Shown here: piece after piece, positions 20,702 through 30,824 of the stretch
Layout of the letters: each line of letters opens with the position of its first letter
Numbering within the stretch: the stretch's first letter is position 1
Assembly: GCA_964248365.1 (NCBI GenBank)
Contig: CAXTYC010000006.1
Location: 64,001-128,000 of the forward strand
Reading direction: 5' to 3'
DNA length: 64,000 nt
Source of the DNA: an uncultured Chroococcidiopsis sp.
GTDB lineage: Bacteria; Cyanobacteriota; Cyanobacteriia; Cyanobacteriales; Chroococcidiopsidaceae
Made by a program: the position numbers and the translations under genes
Notes under the pieces: model-generated
Told to the model about the DNA's origin: nothing
Databases searched by the model: none
The model's input: the letters and a program-made list of their open reading frames with translations, nothing else

Positions 20702-21529
20702 ATGAAGAAACTGATTAAAGGGCTGGGAGAATTCAAAACCAATTATTTCTCTACTCATTTGGAGTTGTTTGAACAACTTGCTCATGGTCAAAAACCTAGA
20801 GTCTTATTTGTCACCTGTTCAGACTCCCGCATCGATCCTAATTTGATTACCCAAACAGAAGTGGGCGAGTTATTTGTAATTCGCAACGCAGGTAATATTA
20901 TCCCACCTTTTGGGGCAGCTAATGGCGGTGAGGGCGCAGCTGTAGAGTATGCAATTCATGCTTTAGGTATCGAGCAAATTGTTGTCTGTGGTCATTCTCA
21001 CTGTGGGGCAATGAAAGGGCTGCTGCAATTAAATAAGCTTCAAGAAGATATGCCACTTGTTTACGACTGGCTCAAACACGCTGAAGCTACTCGACGACTG
21101 GTGAAAGAGAACTATAGTACTTATCAGGGTGAGGAACTGCTAGAAGTCACTATTGCCGAGAATGTATTAACGCAAATTGACAATCTGAAAACTTATCCCG
21201 TCGTCCACTCCAAACTGTATCAAGGTAAGCTGAAGATTTATGGTTGGGTTTATCACCTCGAAACAGGTGAAGTACTGGCATACGATCCAGAAAGCCATGC
21301 TTATATAGCTCCCCAAAGTCAGTTGCGTGACGGTGAATCTGAAGATGGACTAGCTCCAGGTCAATTTACTACTACAACTGCTCCTTTGGTAGCTTGCGAA
21401 ATGCCTCACCATCACCGTGAGCAGCAGGCGGCGGCTGAACATAAAGGAAATGGTAGTAGCAAAAACCCGCAGCCAATGCCTTGGCTACCACCAGAACAGG
21501 CAGAGCGGATTTATCGGGGATCTAGGTAA
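20702..21529 (+). CDS. ccaA: Beta-carbonic anhydrase, carboxysomal CcaA type
   Basis: CSDSR, RNAGN and HSHCGAM motifs; C-terminal WLPPEQAERIYRG resembles the CcmM-binding peptide. Confidence 0.85.
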   Translation: MKKLIKGLGEFKTNYFSTHLELFEQLAHGQKPRVLFVTCSDSRIDPNLITQTEVGELFVIRNAGNIIPPFGAANGGEGAAVEYAIHALGIEQIVVCGHSHCGAMKGLLQLNKLQEDMPLVYDWLKHAEATRRLVKENYSTYQGEELLEVTIAENVLTQIDNLKTYPVVHSKLYQGKLKIYGWVYHLETGEVLAYDPESHAYIAPQSQLRDGESEDGLAPGQFTTTTAPLVACEMPHHHREQQAAAEHKGNGSSKNPQPMPWLPPEQAERIYRGSR

Positions 21530-21618
21530 GATAGGTATTCGGGGCGATCGCCTTTGCCAAGCGTAATGATTACTTTGGCGTTGCTTTATCATATGAGTGT
21601 GTGCAACGAGCGCAGAAT

Positions 21619-22710
21619 TTATGCAGGTTGTACAAGCGATCGCCTTTGAGCATTTACTACCTTAGTAATTTTTTGGAGTTGTTGTAAAACCTCACCCCCC
21701 GTAAACATAGCTTCTGCCTTGGCTATACCTGACTTTATATCCTCACAAATGCCCCCGCGCCACAGATAAAATCCTCCATTCCAAATAGCAGATTGCATCA
21801 ATTCTGAAGGTTTTCCGTGCAAAACTGACTTCATATCTGTCACTAACTGCTCTGTGGATTCGATGGGTGGATTCTTGCTACTAAAGCCGTATTCACGCGG
21901 TACTAGCTGTAGACGATTGATCGGGGCAATTGTCGTTTCATGCTGTACATCTGGTGCAGATAAGCCGATAATATTTGTCCGTTCTCGTGGTAAATCGCAA
22001 CTACCTTCTAATCCTTTTACCGTTGTGAAATTTTTATTTCCACGCAGAGCAAAAGCTATTTGGAACATTATTTCTGTAGGAGGATGGACAAACCCAGCAA
22101 TAATGTGAGCATCTCCGGCATAAGGACACCAGATCAATTCCATCGTGGCAAAAGGCGGACGTTTGCCAATTTGGTCGCGGTAGTCAAAAACTGTTTGAGC
22201 TTGGGGGAAATGCTGCGGTAGATAAATTAGCCCCACGCCACAAGAAGTAAATACCTCCTGAGTTTGGGCGAGTTTTAATCCAGTCCAATCAACTCCTAGT
22301 CCTTGCCAAATTTCTACCAGTGGTACTCCATACTTAGTAGGCATCCGATCGCTGCCATGCATAATTACAGGTTGCCCAGCAGCACACAGTAGTAAAGTTG
22401 TCAAAACATTTACAGGGGCAGTGCGATCGCGTCCATCATAAGGAACGCCCAAAACTATTACCGGACGTGGCGTGTCAATTGGTTGCAGTTTTGGTCCCAA
22501 TTCATCATAAGCATCTAACATACCTGCCAATTCTTCCCCTGTGGGACGTTTAATTCTGTGTGCAATCAGAAACGCCCCAATCTGTGCTGGTGTCGCCTCA
22601 CCCAGCAAAATCATTCGAGTTGCTGCCGCAGCTTCAGTCCGAGTTAAATTCTCTCCTGTGTGGGTTCCACTACCCACTTTTCGCACAAAATCCCTAAATA
22701 CATTACTCAT
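21619..22710 (-). CDS. cnaT: TrpD-like nitrate assimilation factor CnaT
   Basis: Anthranilate-PRTase-like N-terminus (QIGAFLIAHRIK); directly downstream of ntcB, as in Anabaena. Confidence 0.82.
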   Translation of the reverse strand: MSNVFRDFVRKVGSGTHTGENLTRTEAAAATRMILLGEATPAQIGAFLIAHRIKRPTGEELAGMLDAYDELGPKLQPIDTPRPVIVLGVPYDGRDRTAPVNVLTTLLLCAAGQPVIMHGSDRMPTKYGVPLVEIWQGLGVDWTGLKLAQTQEVFTSCGVGLIYLPQHFPQAQTVFDYRDQIGKRPPFATMELIWCPYAGDAHIIAGFVHPPTEIMFQIAFALRGNKNFTTVKGLEGSCDLPRERTNIIGLSAPDVQHETTIAPINRLQLVPREYGFSSKNPPIESTEQLVTDMKSVLHGKPSELMQSAIWNGGFYLWRGGICEDIKSGIAKAEAMFTGGEVLQQLQKITKVVNAQRRSLVQPA

Positions 22711-22755
22711 AGTTATATCACTCAATCAATTCGCAATTCGTAATAGACGCAGGCG

Positions 22756-23790
22756 CTACACTGCGTGAACGTAATTGGCAATTTTCCCCCCCAGCTCCCC
22801 CAGATCCACGCCAGTTTGCCCCTGCGGGGGTTCCCCCGCAGGCAACTGGCTCCCCAGCTCCCCCTGCTCTGTTATGTCCCCATCTCCCAACTTTGGTGGC
22901 AGAAATTCTCGCACTAGCTGCCAAAAATGCCCAATCGGAGGAATACTCAACCTATCTTGGGTAGTCACCATTACAACCTGGCGAGTTAAGTTAGAACCTT
23001 CACTAGCTAGCTTGCGGACAGCAAGAGTCGGATCTTGACGTGCTTCCACCAACGCCGACTGAGGTAACAAAGCTATCAGTTCTCCCTGGCGTGCTATTCC
23101 TCGGAAAGCATCGAGGGTATTTACTTCTAAGACAGCTTGGAGTGTAGCTCCTAATCGGCTAAATCTCTCTTGTACCAAACGTTGCATTCCATAGCCATCT
23201 TTAAACACCACTTGGGGATAAAGGATCAGTTCAGACCAAGGGATTTGATCGTACTGTGCCAGTGGGTGATTTGCCCCAACCAAAACCTCTATTGGTTCAT
23301 CGTATAGCACTTCCACCACCATTTCTGGACCAGTGGTTAAAAAGCGATTGTGCATTACAACTGCTAAATCTACCAAGCCATCTTTGAGGACTTTCAAGGC
23401 GCGATCGCTTCCCAAAGCTGTTACGCGCAATTGTACATCGGGATAGTCACGACAAAATTTTTGCAGCACTGGTGGTAGGTAATGGGCGCAAATTGAGTGA
23501 ATTGCGGCAATGCAAAGCTCTGGTTGTTTCCCTGTCATTAAATCTGCTAATTCTTCTGTAACATTGCGCCACTCCTGGCAAATTTTGCGTACTCTGGGTA
23601 ACAAACGCTCACCTGCTAGGGTTAACTTAGCTTGTGCTGTGCGATGAAACAACTGCACTCCTAAATCTGCTTCGAGTCCTTGAATTTGTCTACTAATTGT
23701 CGATTGGGTGACACTACATTTTCGTGCTGCTTGTTGAAAGCTGCCCGTTTCTGCGATCGCCAAAAAAGCTTGCAACTGCTCTAGCCGCAT
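22756..23790 (-). CDS. ntcB: LysR regulator NtcB
   Basis: MRLEQLQAFLAIAETGSFQQAA LysR HTH; ALGSDRALKVL; nir cluster context. Confidence 0.93.
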   Translation of the reverse strand: MRLEQLQAFLAIAETGSFQQAARKCSVTQSTISRQIQGLEADLGVQLFHRTAQAKLTLAGERLLPRVRKICQEWRNVTEELADLMTGKQPELCIAAIHSICAHYLPPVLQKFCRDYPDVQLRVTALGSDRALKVLKDGLVDLAVVMHNRFLTTGPEMVVEVLYDEPIEVLVGANHPLAQYDQIPWSELILYPQVVFKDGYGMQRLVQERFSRLGATLQAVLEVNTLDAFRGIARQGELIALLPQSALVEARQDPTLAVRKLASEGSNLTRQVVMVTTQDRLSIPPIGHFWQLVREFLPPKLGDGDITEQGELGSQLPAGEPPQGQTGVDLGELGGKIANYVHAV

Positions 23791-23826
23791 TTTAAACTAG
23801 CCTGATGTACGTTAATGGCATAACCC

Positions 23827-23868
23827 AACTTAACGGATTTGTCGGATTCGTTTAGTAGAAGTTGATAC
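23827..23868 (-). promoter_or_regulatory. NtcA class II promoter of ntcB
   Basis: GTA-gaagttga-TAC at 23855-23868; TAAGTT -10 box on the minus strand exactly 22 nt downstream. Confidence 0.82.
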
Positions 23869-24009
23869 AGCTAGCGGTTAACAGTTACCAGTTACCAGTT
23901 ACCAGTTAAAAGAAAAGGGTAAAGGCTAAAGGGTAAAGGGTAAGGGTAAAGGCGCTTAGGCGCTTAGGCTAGAGGAACCAGGGGAAAGAGGTATTGCGGT
24001 AAAGGGAAA

Positions 24010-25425
24010 TTATAATTTCTCCCCCTGCTCCCCCTGCTCCCCCTGCCCCCCCTGCTCTCTTCCTAGCCCCTCTACAGACCATTCTTGCAGGGCGATCGCT
24101 ACCCCTTCTTGCAACTGGGGTGCTAAGGTAATATCACTTGACATTTGCTCTAGTTTATGGTAAGCTTCTTGGGCATTTAACTGTTTCAGGGCGGCGATCG
24201 CGTGTAGTCTTACCCCTGCATCTGGATCTGCCAATAATTGAATTAATGGATCTATTGCTTGGAGATCGCCAAGCTGTCCTAATGACAGAGCGATCGCCTG
24301 TTTGATACTCGCGCTTTGCATCCGAGTATGATTTGAATGCAGCAATTCCATTAAACTCTGGGCGGCTTGTGGCTTGAAATTCGATTGTTCGATTCGCCCT
24401 AAAACTGTAACTATTTCCTGCCATACCGCTGGTGTTGCTTGCTGATGCAGGCAGGAGATTAGATATTCTAAGCTAGTTTGAGTCTCTATTCTAGCCAAAG
24501 CTCTGACAATTTCTATTTGCAGAGAAACAGGTGTATGAGGAGATTGTAGTACCTTAAATAAACCATCGGCAGCAGCGTCTGTACCAATTCGTCCCAAAGC
24601 GATCGCAGCTGCGTGACATACATCCAAGTTAAAATCATATAACCGAGGTAGCAGCCGATTAACTAAATCGAATTCTTCTCCTAAGTCAGGACGAAAACTC
24701 AAGCCAATCACTGCCTCACGTCTAACACTCGCCCCAATATCATTTAAGGCATTGAGCAAAACTGGCGCAACTGTTGAGTCATGAAAACTGCTTAAAGCTT
24801 CAATCGCGGCACATCTAACTTCTATTTGTGGATCTTGGACAACACCCAGCAAAGGTGCGATTGTTTCTGTTTGCCGAATGTAGGAGAGCGATCGCACTGC
24901 TAACAATCGTGTCGGATCTTGTGCTAATAGTTGGGTAAGAGATGCGATCGCATCTGCGCCAATTTCAGAAAGTGCCGCTGCTGCTATAGCTTTTTCTTCT
25001 TCACTGTCAGAAGTTTTGAGCAGTTCAACTAAAACAGCGATGACATCCGGCTGATTAAACTTGCCCAGAATGCGTATACTAAACCAGCGCAATTCCTCAT
25101 CTGCGTCTTCGTCTTCCAGAACTTCAATTAATCGAGCGATGACACTTTTTCCTAATTTAGGAAGCAGCTTGGCAATATCCCAGCGCTGATGAAAATCACC
25201 CCTTTCTAAAACATCCATTGCCCAAGAGAGCAACTTTGCTTGCTGGGGGTTTTTTAGAGCTGGGGAAGCTGGAAATAAGCAAACCTCTCGCCCCTCGCCC
25301 CTCACCTCTCGCCCCTCACCTTCCTCTACTAACTGCTGTAGGCATTGAAGCAGCAATGACCAATTGGCGGTAGAACGTGCGACTTGAGCTTGATCCCAAA
25401 GGTTAATTTGATGGTCTATGTTCAC
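24010..25425 (-). CDS. nirB: HEAT-repeat (PBS lyase-like) protein NirB
   Basis: Repeated VR..A..ALG HEAT units; divergent from nirA. Confidence 0.8.
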   Translation of the reverse strand: MNIDHQINLWDQAQVARSTANWSLLLQCLQQLVEEGEGREVRGEGREVCLFPASPALKNPQQAKLLSWAMDVLERGDFHQRWDIAKLLPKLGKSVIARLIEVLEDEDADEELRWFSIRILGKFNQPDVIAVLVELLKTSDSEEEKAIAAAALSEIGADAIASLTQLLAQDPTRLLAVRSLSYIRQTETIAPLLGVVQDPQIEVRCAAIEALSSFHDSTVAPVLLNALNDIGASVRREAVIGLSFRPDLGEEFDLVNRLLPRLYDFNLDVCHAAAIALGRIGTDAAADGLFKVLQSPHTPVSLQIEIVRALARIETQTSLEYLISCLHQQATPAVWQEIVTVLGRIEQSNFKPQAAQSLMELLHSNHTRMQSASIKQAIALSLGQLGDLQAIDPLIQLLADPDAGVRLHAIAALKQLNAQEAYHKLEQMSSDITLAPQLQEGVAIALQEWSVEGLGREQGGQGEQGEQGEKL

Positions 25426-25842
25426 AGTTGCTGTTTTTCAACACGAAGGGCTTAATTGAACAAGGACTGAGCTACTTTCAATTTTGACTGCTTAGGCGCG
25501 TTTGTGTAGCTAAATTGCTAATTACCTGCCCAGCTTACGCTACCACACAAAGTTGCAACAACCGCCCCCTAATCAATTCACAGGCTTATAGCTTAAGTCG
25601 GATAAATCCGACTGCAATTGATTTTTAGTCTACTTCAGTAGACTTGAGTTGTGAGCCTTGAACAGGTGTTCAAGGCGGGTTTGACTACCAATTGAGAATG
25701 CTGCAAGATTTGAGTTAACATTACTTCAACAATTTTTAAAAAACTTCAAAATTTTTAGTCCTTAGAGGTGGTTCGTTACAACCCTTTTGCCTTTAATTTG
25801 AGCTACTTGGAGGATTTCATATCTATCTTGTGGTTGGAACTG

Positions 25843-25936
25843 ATGCAAATAACGCATTTAACTGATGCATTTTATTCATAAACAGCAACAAATTGTTACC
25901 TAAGTTACGAATTTAGTTACAAAATCCACTTAACTT
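25843..25936 (+). promoter_or_regulatory. nirA promoter: NtcB boxes, NtcA box and -10
   Basis: ATGC-N7-GCAT at 25843-25857; ATGC-N7-TCAT near 25865-25879; GTT-N8-TAC at 25895-25908; 22 nt; TAACTT at 25931. Confidence 0.82.
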
Positions 25937-26406
25937 TAAATCTCAGCAAGCTAAAAAACCAACGCTGCAAGTTGGACTACATAAAGTTTGCTTGCGGCTT
26001 GGGTGTCCTACCCATTTTCTAATCTGTAGGACAACCAACATACCTAAACCAGAACAGTTGTGAAGGGAAAAGGGAAATCAGTTACCAGTTACCAGTTTTG
26101 GGAATCGAGACTTGGGAAATTAAATATTGGGCTATTCCACTGTCTGACTTCATACTTCTAACTTCATACTTCTAACTTCATACTTTCTAGCAATCGCCCT
26201 TAACCTCTAATGACAAATGACGAATGACAACTCAGAGCAATGAAGTAATTTTTGATAATGGCTCAGTAACACAGGATACGGCTTAAATTTTTCAAAACGA
26301 TTAGGTTGACAAAAAATAGCGTTTAAAAAAATAGCTCAATTTTGGTTGAGCAAATAAATCTGATTGCAGCGGCACAAAACAAGCAGGTAAAAAGGGTAGA
26401 GCCAAT

Positions 26407-27975
26407 ATGACAGAAGCAGCAACCCCCAAGGCAACTCTGAATAAATTTGAAAAATTCAAGGCAGAAAAAGATGGTCTTGCCGTAAAAGCCCAGTTAGAGG
26501 AGTATGCCTCTATTGGTTGGGAAGCGATGGACGAAACTGACCGTGAGCATAGACTCAAGTGGTTGGGTGTGTTCTTTCGCCCAGTCACTCCAGGTAAGTT
26601 CATGATGCGGATGCGGATACCAAATGGTATTTTAACCAGCCATCAGATGCGGGTACTGGGTGAAGTAGTGCAACGTTATGGTGATGACGGCAACGCAGAC
26701 ATTACTACTCGTCAGAATATTCAGTTACGAGGAGTCCGCATTGAGGACTTGCCAGATATATTCGGGCGGTTTAGAGCAGTGGGGTTGACTAGCGTCCAGT
26801 CTGGGATGGACAACGTACGTAACATCACAGGTGATGCTGTAGCGGGAATTGATGGGGATGAGTTGTTCGATACCAGGGAATTGGTGAATCAGATACAGGA
26901 CATGATTACCAACAAGGGCGAAGGTAATCCAGAATTTACTAACTTACCTCGGAAATTTAATATTGCCATTACTGGTGGTCGTGATAACTCTGTCCATGCT
27001 GAAATTAACGACCTAGCCTTTATTCCTGCTTATAAGACTGAGGCTGGGGGAGAAAGGCAGTTTGGGTTTAATATTTTGGTGGGTGGTTTCTTTTCTCCCA
27101 AGCGAAGTGAGGCAGCTATTCCCCTAAATGCATGGGTAGCTCCCTCAGATGTAGTAGCAGTATGTAGAGCAGTTTTAGAAATCTTTCGGGATAGTGGATT
27201 ACGGGCAAATCGGCAAAAAGCCCGCTTGATGTGGCTAATCGATGAATGGGGTTTAGAAAAATTCCGTTTGGAAGTTGAGAAGTATCTAGGTAAGTCTCTG
27301 CCTCTAGCAGCAGAAAAAGACGAGATTGATTGGGAAAAACGCGACCACATTGGTGTTTATTCCCAAAAGCAACCAGGATTGAACTATGTAGGGTTGCACG
27401 TTCCCATCGGTCGCCTGTATGCCCAAGATATGTTTGAAATTGCTCGGATAGCAGAAGTTTACGGTCAGGGCGAAATCCGGCTGACACTAGAACAAAACAT
27501 TATTATCCCTCACGTTCCTGACTCGCGGCTGGAAGCTTTCTTAGCTGAACCGATCTTACAGAGATTTTCCATTAGTCCTGACATACTAACACGGGGGCTG
27601 GTTTCTTGTACTGGCGCTCAGTTCTGCAACTTTGCCTTGATAGAAACCAAAAACCGCGCCTTGGGAATGATTAAAGCATTGGAAGCAGAGCTAATTCTGA
27701 CGCAACCAGTGCGAATTCATTGGACAGGTTGCCCTAATTCTTGTGGACAACCGCAAGTGGCTGATATTGGACTGATGGGAACTAAAGCCCGCAAGAATGG
27801 CAAAGCGGTAGATGGCGTTGATATCTTCATGGGCGGTAAGGTGGGCAAAGATGCTCATTTGGGAACTTGTGTGATCAAAGGTATTCCCTGTGAAGACTTA
27901 CAACCAGTGTTGCAAAATTTGCTGATTGAGAATTTCGGAGCAAAACCTAGGCATGAAGCCTTGGTAACAATGTGA
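26407..27975 (+). CDS. nirA: Ferredoxin-nitrite reductase
   Basis: TTRQNIQ, NLPRKFN, CTGAQFCN and TGCPNSCG siroheme/Fe-S ligands. Confidence 0.97.
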   Translation: MTEAATPKATLNKFEKFKAEKDGLAVKAQLEEYASIGWEAMDETDREHRLKWLGVFFRPVTPGKFMMRMRIPNGILTSHQMRVLGEVVQRYGDDGNADITTRQNIQLRGVRIEDLPDIFGRFRAVGLTSVQSGMDNVRNITGDAVAGIDGDELFDTRELVNQIQDMITNKGEGNPEFTNLPRKFNIAITGGRDNSVHAEINDLAFIPAYKTEAGGERQFGFNILVGGFFSPKRSEAAIPLNAWVAPSDVVAVCRAVLEIFRDSGLRANRQKARLMWLIDEWGLEKFRLEVEKYLGKSLPLAAEKDEIDWEKRDHIGVYSQKQPGLNYVGLHVPIGRLYAQDMFEIARIAEVYGQGEIRLTLEQNIIIPHVPDSRLEAFLAEPILQRFSISPDILTRGLVSCTGAQFCNFALIETKNRALGMIKALEAELILTQPVRIHWTGCPNSCGQPQVADIGLMGTKARKNGKAVDGVDIFMGGKVGKDAHLGTCVIKGIPCEDLQPVLQNLLIENFGAKPRHEALVTM

Positions 27976-28026
27976 AGCCAGTGGGTAGCGACAAGGGTAT
28001 AGAGCAATTTGTGCATTCAGGAGTTT

Positions 28027-28070
28027 GCCACCCATGCCCACCATTAAAAGATTTGGTGGGCATGGGTGGC
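28027..28070. terminator. Perfect 17-bp inverted repeat after nirA
   Basis: GCCACCCATGCCCACCA-N10-TGGTGGGCATGGGTGGC. Confidence 0.65.
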
Positions 28071-28441
28071 GTACTAGAAATTTCATAAATCACATAGGAA
28101 TGCTATATCTACTCACTGCTATATTTAAAACTCTTGATTTTTTATTAGTCCGCCTGTGCGGACTTCTTTTGTGTAGGGGCGAATACAATTCGCCCTTATC
28201 TTTTCAGACATCCTAATAGGTGCGAGAGTCAATTGAGCGCTTGCTGACGATTGCAGGTAAACTCTTTTATTGTTTATTCCTCCCCTACTCCTAACTTATA
28301 ACTGCTATGACTATACCTAGCAGGGAAAATTTTTACATATTTACTGTAACATAAATAACAGATTGATTTATTATTATTTGCTCCCCGACTTGATCTGAAA
28401 AATCATTGAATTTTTAGGCATCTATCTTTAGATCAGCAACA

Positions 28442-28507
28442 TATCAAAAAGCGCATCAATTTGATGCGCTTTTTTCATAACAGTTAACATTTTGTAACTA
28501 AAGATAC
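28442..28507 (+). promoter_or_regulatory. nrtP upstream NtcB-like and NtcA boxes
   Basis: ATGC-N7-TCAT near 28464-28478; GTA-actaaaga-TAC at 28494-28507; -10 box weak. Confidence 0.7.
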
Positions 28508-28834
28508 GAAATTTATTAGCTAGGTAATTCAAGCTTAGATATTAACAAGGGTTGAAACATTGCAGGAAAACTAAGCAGACTACACCATTATTTTTAGTGC
28601 CAGGAGTGCGAATTGCTAAGATACCAAGTTCTAGCAGCCCCAAGATTGAAAAAAAGTTGTCTAGCTGACCATAAAAAGTTTTTCTGCCACTGAGAAAACA
28701 TTTCACAAATTCGACTGACTGTACAATTCCATAAACGCAAAATGCTCGGTGTAATCCGAAATTAAGGCAATTAATTAGTTGCCGCAGATTTATTGAAAAT
28801 CAATTCTGCTCTTTTTGACTTAGGAAGTTTTTTC

Positions 28835-30337
28835 ATGCTCAAAGGTTTACTCTCCTTTCAAGGACGCTATCGCATCCTACATCTAACTTGGTTTGCCTTC
28901 TTTCTGACATTTGTTTGTTGGTTTAACTTTGCTCCGTTTGGCACAACAATTGAAAAACAATTAGGTCTGCATGATGCACAAATCAAAACTCTCTTGATTT
29001 GTAATCTAGCCCTGACAATTCCAGCTCGAATCATTATTGGAATGCTGCTGGATAAATTTGGTCCTAGACTTACCTACTCAGGGCTACTAATTTTTGCTGC
29101 CGTTCCTTGCTTGGCGACAGCAATGTCTCAAAACTTTAACCAGTTAGTCTGGAGTCGCCTGCTGATGGGGATTGTGGGATCTGGGTTTGTTGTAGGCACT
29201 CGCATGGTGGCTGAATGGTTCCCGCCAAAGGATATTGGTAGGGCGCAAGGGATATATGGCGGTTGGGGTAACTTTGGGGCTTTTGGAGCAGAATTTGCCT
29301 TGCCAACAATTGCAGTTGCTACAGCATTCTTAGGTGGGGGAGGATCTAACTGGCGCTTTGCGATCGCCCTAACTGGCGTTATTACTGCTGTTTACGGCGT
29401 GATTTATTACAACAGCGTTCAAGATACGCCCACTGGGAAAGTCTACAAGCGCCCCAAGAAAAGCGGTGCGATGGAAGTCACCAGCCTCAAAAGCTTCTAT
29501 GCAATGCTGCTGTCGAATTTTGGCTTGATTTTCGCCCTTGGTTTATTGGCTTGGCGCTTAGCACAACCGAAGATTCACTTTTTCAACACTAGCCAAATGT
29601 ATCTTGTGTGGGGGCTATTAGTAGCACTGTATGCTTTCCAAACTTACCAAGCTTGGCGAGTAAACAAGGAACTTTTGAGTGGACAAAAAACCTATGCTCC
29701 CTCTGAACGCTATCGGTTTAGTCAAGTAGCTTTGCTCGAATTGAGTTATGCTACCAGCTTTGGCTCTGAACTTGCTGCCGTTTCTATGTTACCCGCTTTC
29801 TTTGAAAAAACTTTTGGTTTAGAACACGTTGTAGCAGGAATGATTGCCGCATCTTATCCGTTCTTAAACTTGGTTTCTCGTCCCAGTGGTGGCATAATTT
29901 CTGATAAATTCGGCTCGCGTAAATGGACATTGACGATCATCTCTGTTGGGATCGGTGTTAGCTATTTGCTAGCGCACAGCATTAACTCTGGTTGGTTTCT
30001 ACCCTTGGCGATCGCACTCACCATGATTTCTGCATACTTCGCTCAAGCTGGATGCGGTGCTACCTACGGAATTGTTCCTTTGATCAAGAAAGAAACCACC
30101 GGACAAATTTCCGGCAATGTCGGTGCTTATGGCAACTTTGGCGGCGTAATTTATCTAACAGTTTTCAGCTTAACCGATGCTCCAACATTATTTGCCACAA
30201 TGGGAATTGGCGCTCTAGTTTGTGCTAGCTTGTGCGCTTTCTTCTTGAAAGAACCGAAAGGCTCATTTGCTGAAGATTACGAAATTGCTGGCGCAGAACC
30301 AGTATTACCAGGAAGATCAGTTTTAGCGGAGGACTAA
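28835..30337 (+). CDS. nrtP: MFS nitrate/nitrite permease (NarK family)
   Basis: About 12 TM segments; GIYGGWGNFG and GAYGNFGG nitrate signatures; lies between nirA and narB. Confidence 0.92.
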   Translation: MLKGLLSFQGRYRILHLTWFAFFLTFVCWFNFAPFGTTIEKQLGLHDAQIKTLLICNLALTIPARIIIGMLLDKFGPRLTYSGLLIFAAVPCLATAMSQNFNQLVWSRLLMGIVGSGFVVGTRMVAEWFPPKDIGRAQGIYGGWGNFGAFGAEFALPTIAVATAFLGGGGSNWRFAIALTGVITAVYGVIYYNSVQDTPTGKVYKRPKKSGAMEVTSLKSFYAMLLSNFGLIFALGLLAWRLAQPKIHFFNTSQMYLVWGLLVALYAFQTYQAWRVNKELLSGQKTYAPSERYRFSQVALLELSYATSFGSELAAVSMLPAFFEKTFGLEHVVAGMIAASYPFLNLVSRPSGGIISDKFGSRKWTLTIISVGIGVSYLLAHSINSGWFLPLAIALTMISAYFAQAGCGATYGIVPLIKKETTGQISGNVGAYGNFGGVIYLTVFSLTDAPTLFATMGIGALVCASLCAFFLKEPKGSFAEDYEIAGAEPVLPGRSVLAED

Positions 30338-30824
30338 AGGTAAAAATACTGGTTCTACCAACTGCTAAAAATTTAACTGCCGTCAGCACTTCACTTGACA
30401 AACAGTTAAACCTAATACAGAATGGCGCAGAAAAATTCTATATATTATGCGTCATTCTGCCCTCAAACAGCTTCCCATTAGATTTTACCCTAGTCATGAA
30501 AAGAATATTTTTCCTCTAGCTTTTTGATATATGGTTCTACTTATGTCATGAAAAGAAGATTTTTCGGCAAAAAGCTTATATAAAAAATAATTATTCCTGA
30601 TATATTAGAATTACTAAAAAATCTAAAAATTCTAAAATGTTGCTAGAAATTTTGTAGCAGAAAACACAAAATTAATTTAGGATTTAATATACAAATAAGA
30701 AAGCTCTGCAAATAACAAAATTAACGGTTAAGACTGTAGCAGAAAACATAAAATTCTGCATTTATTAGGCTTCACTCCCTGGAAATAAACACTCAAACTA
30801 TTGGGAAACAGGTGCAAAACTGTC

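Noticed and set aside
21619..22710. Call as trpD
   Set aside because: It lacks the TrpD GTGGD PRPP-binding motif, and its position next to ntcB indicates CnaT.
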